From: Hamiltosporidium tvaerminnensis FI-OER-3-3
Lineage: Eukaryota > Fungi > Microsporidia
Direction of reading: 5' to 3'
Assembly (NCBI GenBank): GCA_022605425.2
Contig: CM061250.1
Span: 682,001-746,000, forward strand
DNA: 64,000 nt
The notes below the pieces were generated by a model that did not search any database, had not been told where the DNA came from, and worked only from the letters and a program-made list of their open reading frames with translations. This document shows positions 61,829 through 64,000 of this stretch, piece after piece; positions within the stretch are counted from its first letter, which is position 1, and each line of letters opens with the position of its first letter. Position numbers and translations under genes: made by a program.

Positions 61829-64000
61829 TTAACTTAATATAGATGGATAGAGCTCCCAACCAAATTCTGTTTGTATTAAAATTCGAATATCATCTGGAAT
61901 TTTACAATTACATGTATCAATTGATTGTAATTTTTTCAAATATTGTTTCTTCAAATAATATAAACTAGAGCGATCTATGCTACAAAGAGAGATACTCAAA
62001 TGTAATAGAAAATTTAAATTTCTCAATGCGATTAAATCTTTTTTGTTTAAATTTAAATCATAAATATATAGTTCTTTGATTTTATATACTTTATTTGGCA
62101 GAAATATATCATGAAAATGGCAGTTTTGAAATTCACAACGCGAAATATCCAAGACTTCACAATTGTACATATTAGATATGCAATTGATATCGTTAGGAGA
62201 AAGAGAATTATCTGAATATGTAAAATATTTTATATTTTTAAGATAATCAACATTTAATTCTAGTAAATGGAGTGAATTCGCAGAAAAATTACAAAAACTA
62301 AATTCAAGTATTTTCAATTTTGAATTTTTTCCTTCAATTTTGATGGGTATTTTAGATAGATCTCTACATTTAAAGCATATAGTGTGCAGGTTTGGATTTT
62401 TTATAACGAAAGAATTTGCAAAACCTGCCCACACAGAGCTTTCAATGTTTAAAATCTTAAGATTTTTATATAGTTGGATGGTTAAAAATATATCATAAGC
62501 ATTATCGCAATTTTCAATTGTTAAATTTTCAAGTTTATTTGCAAATTTTATACTGGAAAAATTAATATAGTTTATGAAGGAAAATGTGCAGTTTTTAAAG
62601 CTTAGCGATTTTAGATTTTTAAAATTATAAATTATAAGGAATTCGTAGTAACCTAAATATAAATTATCTAGGTGTAGCTTTTTAAGAATAGAATTATATT
62701 TTGGTATACATATTGGAAGAAATGAGAAGGATAGAGTAGAATTTTGCGATTTTAACGTAATATCTTCTAATTTTTTAAAATTTGCTATTGTACTAGAGAA
62801 ACCTTTAAAACTTGCGTAAATAAAACAAATTGAGATTTTTCTTAAAATCAAATAATATTTCGAAGGAAATATTAGATTATCAAAAAGTTCTAAAATCGCT
62901 CGTTTTTTTTACTGATAAATTTAAATTTTGAAGACCTGGAAATAATTTCACAAAAATTTGTACGTAAATTCATAGAAGATACGCTAATATCCAGAACTTT
63001 TAGATTAATTAATTTACCGCTCAAGTATTTTGGAAAAAAAGATTCTTATGCTTTATAGATATATCAAGTAACACTAAATGTTCTAAAGCCGTAAACCAAT
63101 CGAGAAGTCGTAGATTATTTTTTGTCAAAAATGAATTTTGTATTTCTAATTTTTTAATTTCTTTAAAGACTTTTATACGCCTCAAATTAAGTAAAATTAA
63201 CCCAATTTTGTCTGTATAACCAATTACTATCGAGTAAATCGGGTTTGAAAATAATTTATTAAAACAAGATATTTTTTTTGTATCGACTAAATGCAAATCA
63301 TTTAAATATATACTTGTTATGTTTTTGAAATGAAATAAAAAATACAATTTTGTCCATTCGTTACCCCTTAATATGTAATCGTGCATTTTCTTTAATATTT
63401 TACCTGTAATCTTAAGTTTCTGATCTTCCTCGATTGCTTTTTTGTCGAATATACCTTTAAGGTTTTTTATATTTTTTACACAAAAAAAATTAACTTCAAA
63501 ATATGCATCTAGCATTCTAGAAATTATCCATTCAAAATAAGTAGAATCGAATCTTTCTTTATACAATATAACTTGATTGATACCATGGTACAGTATATTT
63601 CCAGGTATATGAATCATGTAACTTTTAAGAACTTTATAAAAGTTTTTGTCTTTATAGATATCAATAATATATGAAAAATATATCAGATCTAAGAATTTAT
63701 AGATTTTGAGGTTTGCAATCATATAGTCGAAATCAGAAAAAGTCTTCAAGCAATATTTAAAATCTATCGAATATAAATTTTGATGCAAATAAATTCTTTT
63801 TGGAACTTTTGAAATTAAAAATAACCTATTTGGAGATGGTTTCAAACAAATATTATTTGGAAAGGAAATCATAATTGTGGTAAGTTTGAAATGCTTTTTG
63901 TTTCCATTTCTATTTGGACATATAAATTGGTGTCGCGAAAAAAAATGTAAGCCTTTACATATTTTCAAAGTGTTGTTTTCTTCAGAACAAAAACCGTATT
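61829..64000 (-). CDS. LRR-family protein, inverted paralogue of 34942-37260 (5' end beyond window; three 1-nt indels between ~63035 and ~62882)
   Basis: 63021-63968 is almost identical to the N-terminal half of the 772-aa protein. 61829-62851 is a diverged LRR C-terminal half. Confidence 0.82.

Overview
Eukaryotic, very AT-rich, repeat-laden DNA, inferred to be microsporidian (large-genome type such as Hamiltosporidium): genes are intron-poor and divergent, and CCC lies just before the ATG of TAF7 and HSP90. Host genes: TAF7 (8.9-9.6 kb), cytosolic HSP90 with a perfect heat-shock element (28.9-31.2 kb), and a hidden ~1350-aa tomosyn/Sro7/Lgl-like WD40 + R-SNARE gene (19.5-25.7 kb, minus). 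The last is split by a retroelement with a 12-bp target-site duplication (TSD) and is swollen by microsatellite-encoded loops. There are also three LRR-family members (intact, mosaic, pseudogene), two paralogues of a membrane-anchored protein and one putative secreted protein. Mobile DNA includes a single-ORF RT + restriction-like-endonuclease (RLE) LINE family: one near-complete copy, one garbled copy and several remnants, apparently starting at the ATG with no 5' UTR. There are also decayed RTE-clade LINEs (one with a degenerate twister-like motif at its 5' end), a mini-RTE derivative and a DDE integrase remnant. The most unusual object is a ~730-nt non-coding, highly structured element present three times, one copy with an exact 11-bp TSD, whose head I cannot assign to any known RNA. 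Single-base indels in essential genes suggest an imperfectly polished assembly, so frameshifts should be read cautiously. All alignments and folds were done by eye.
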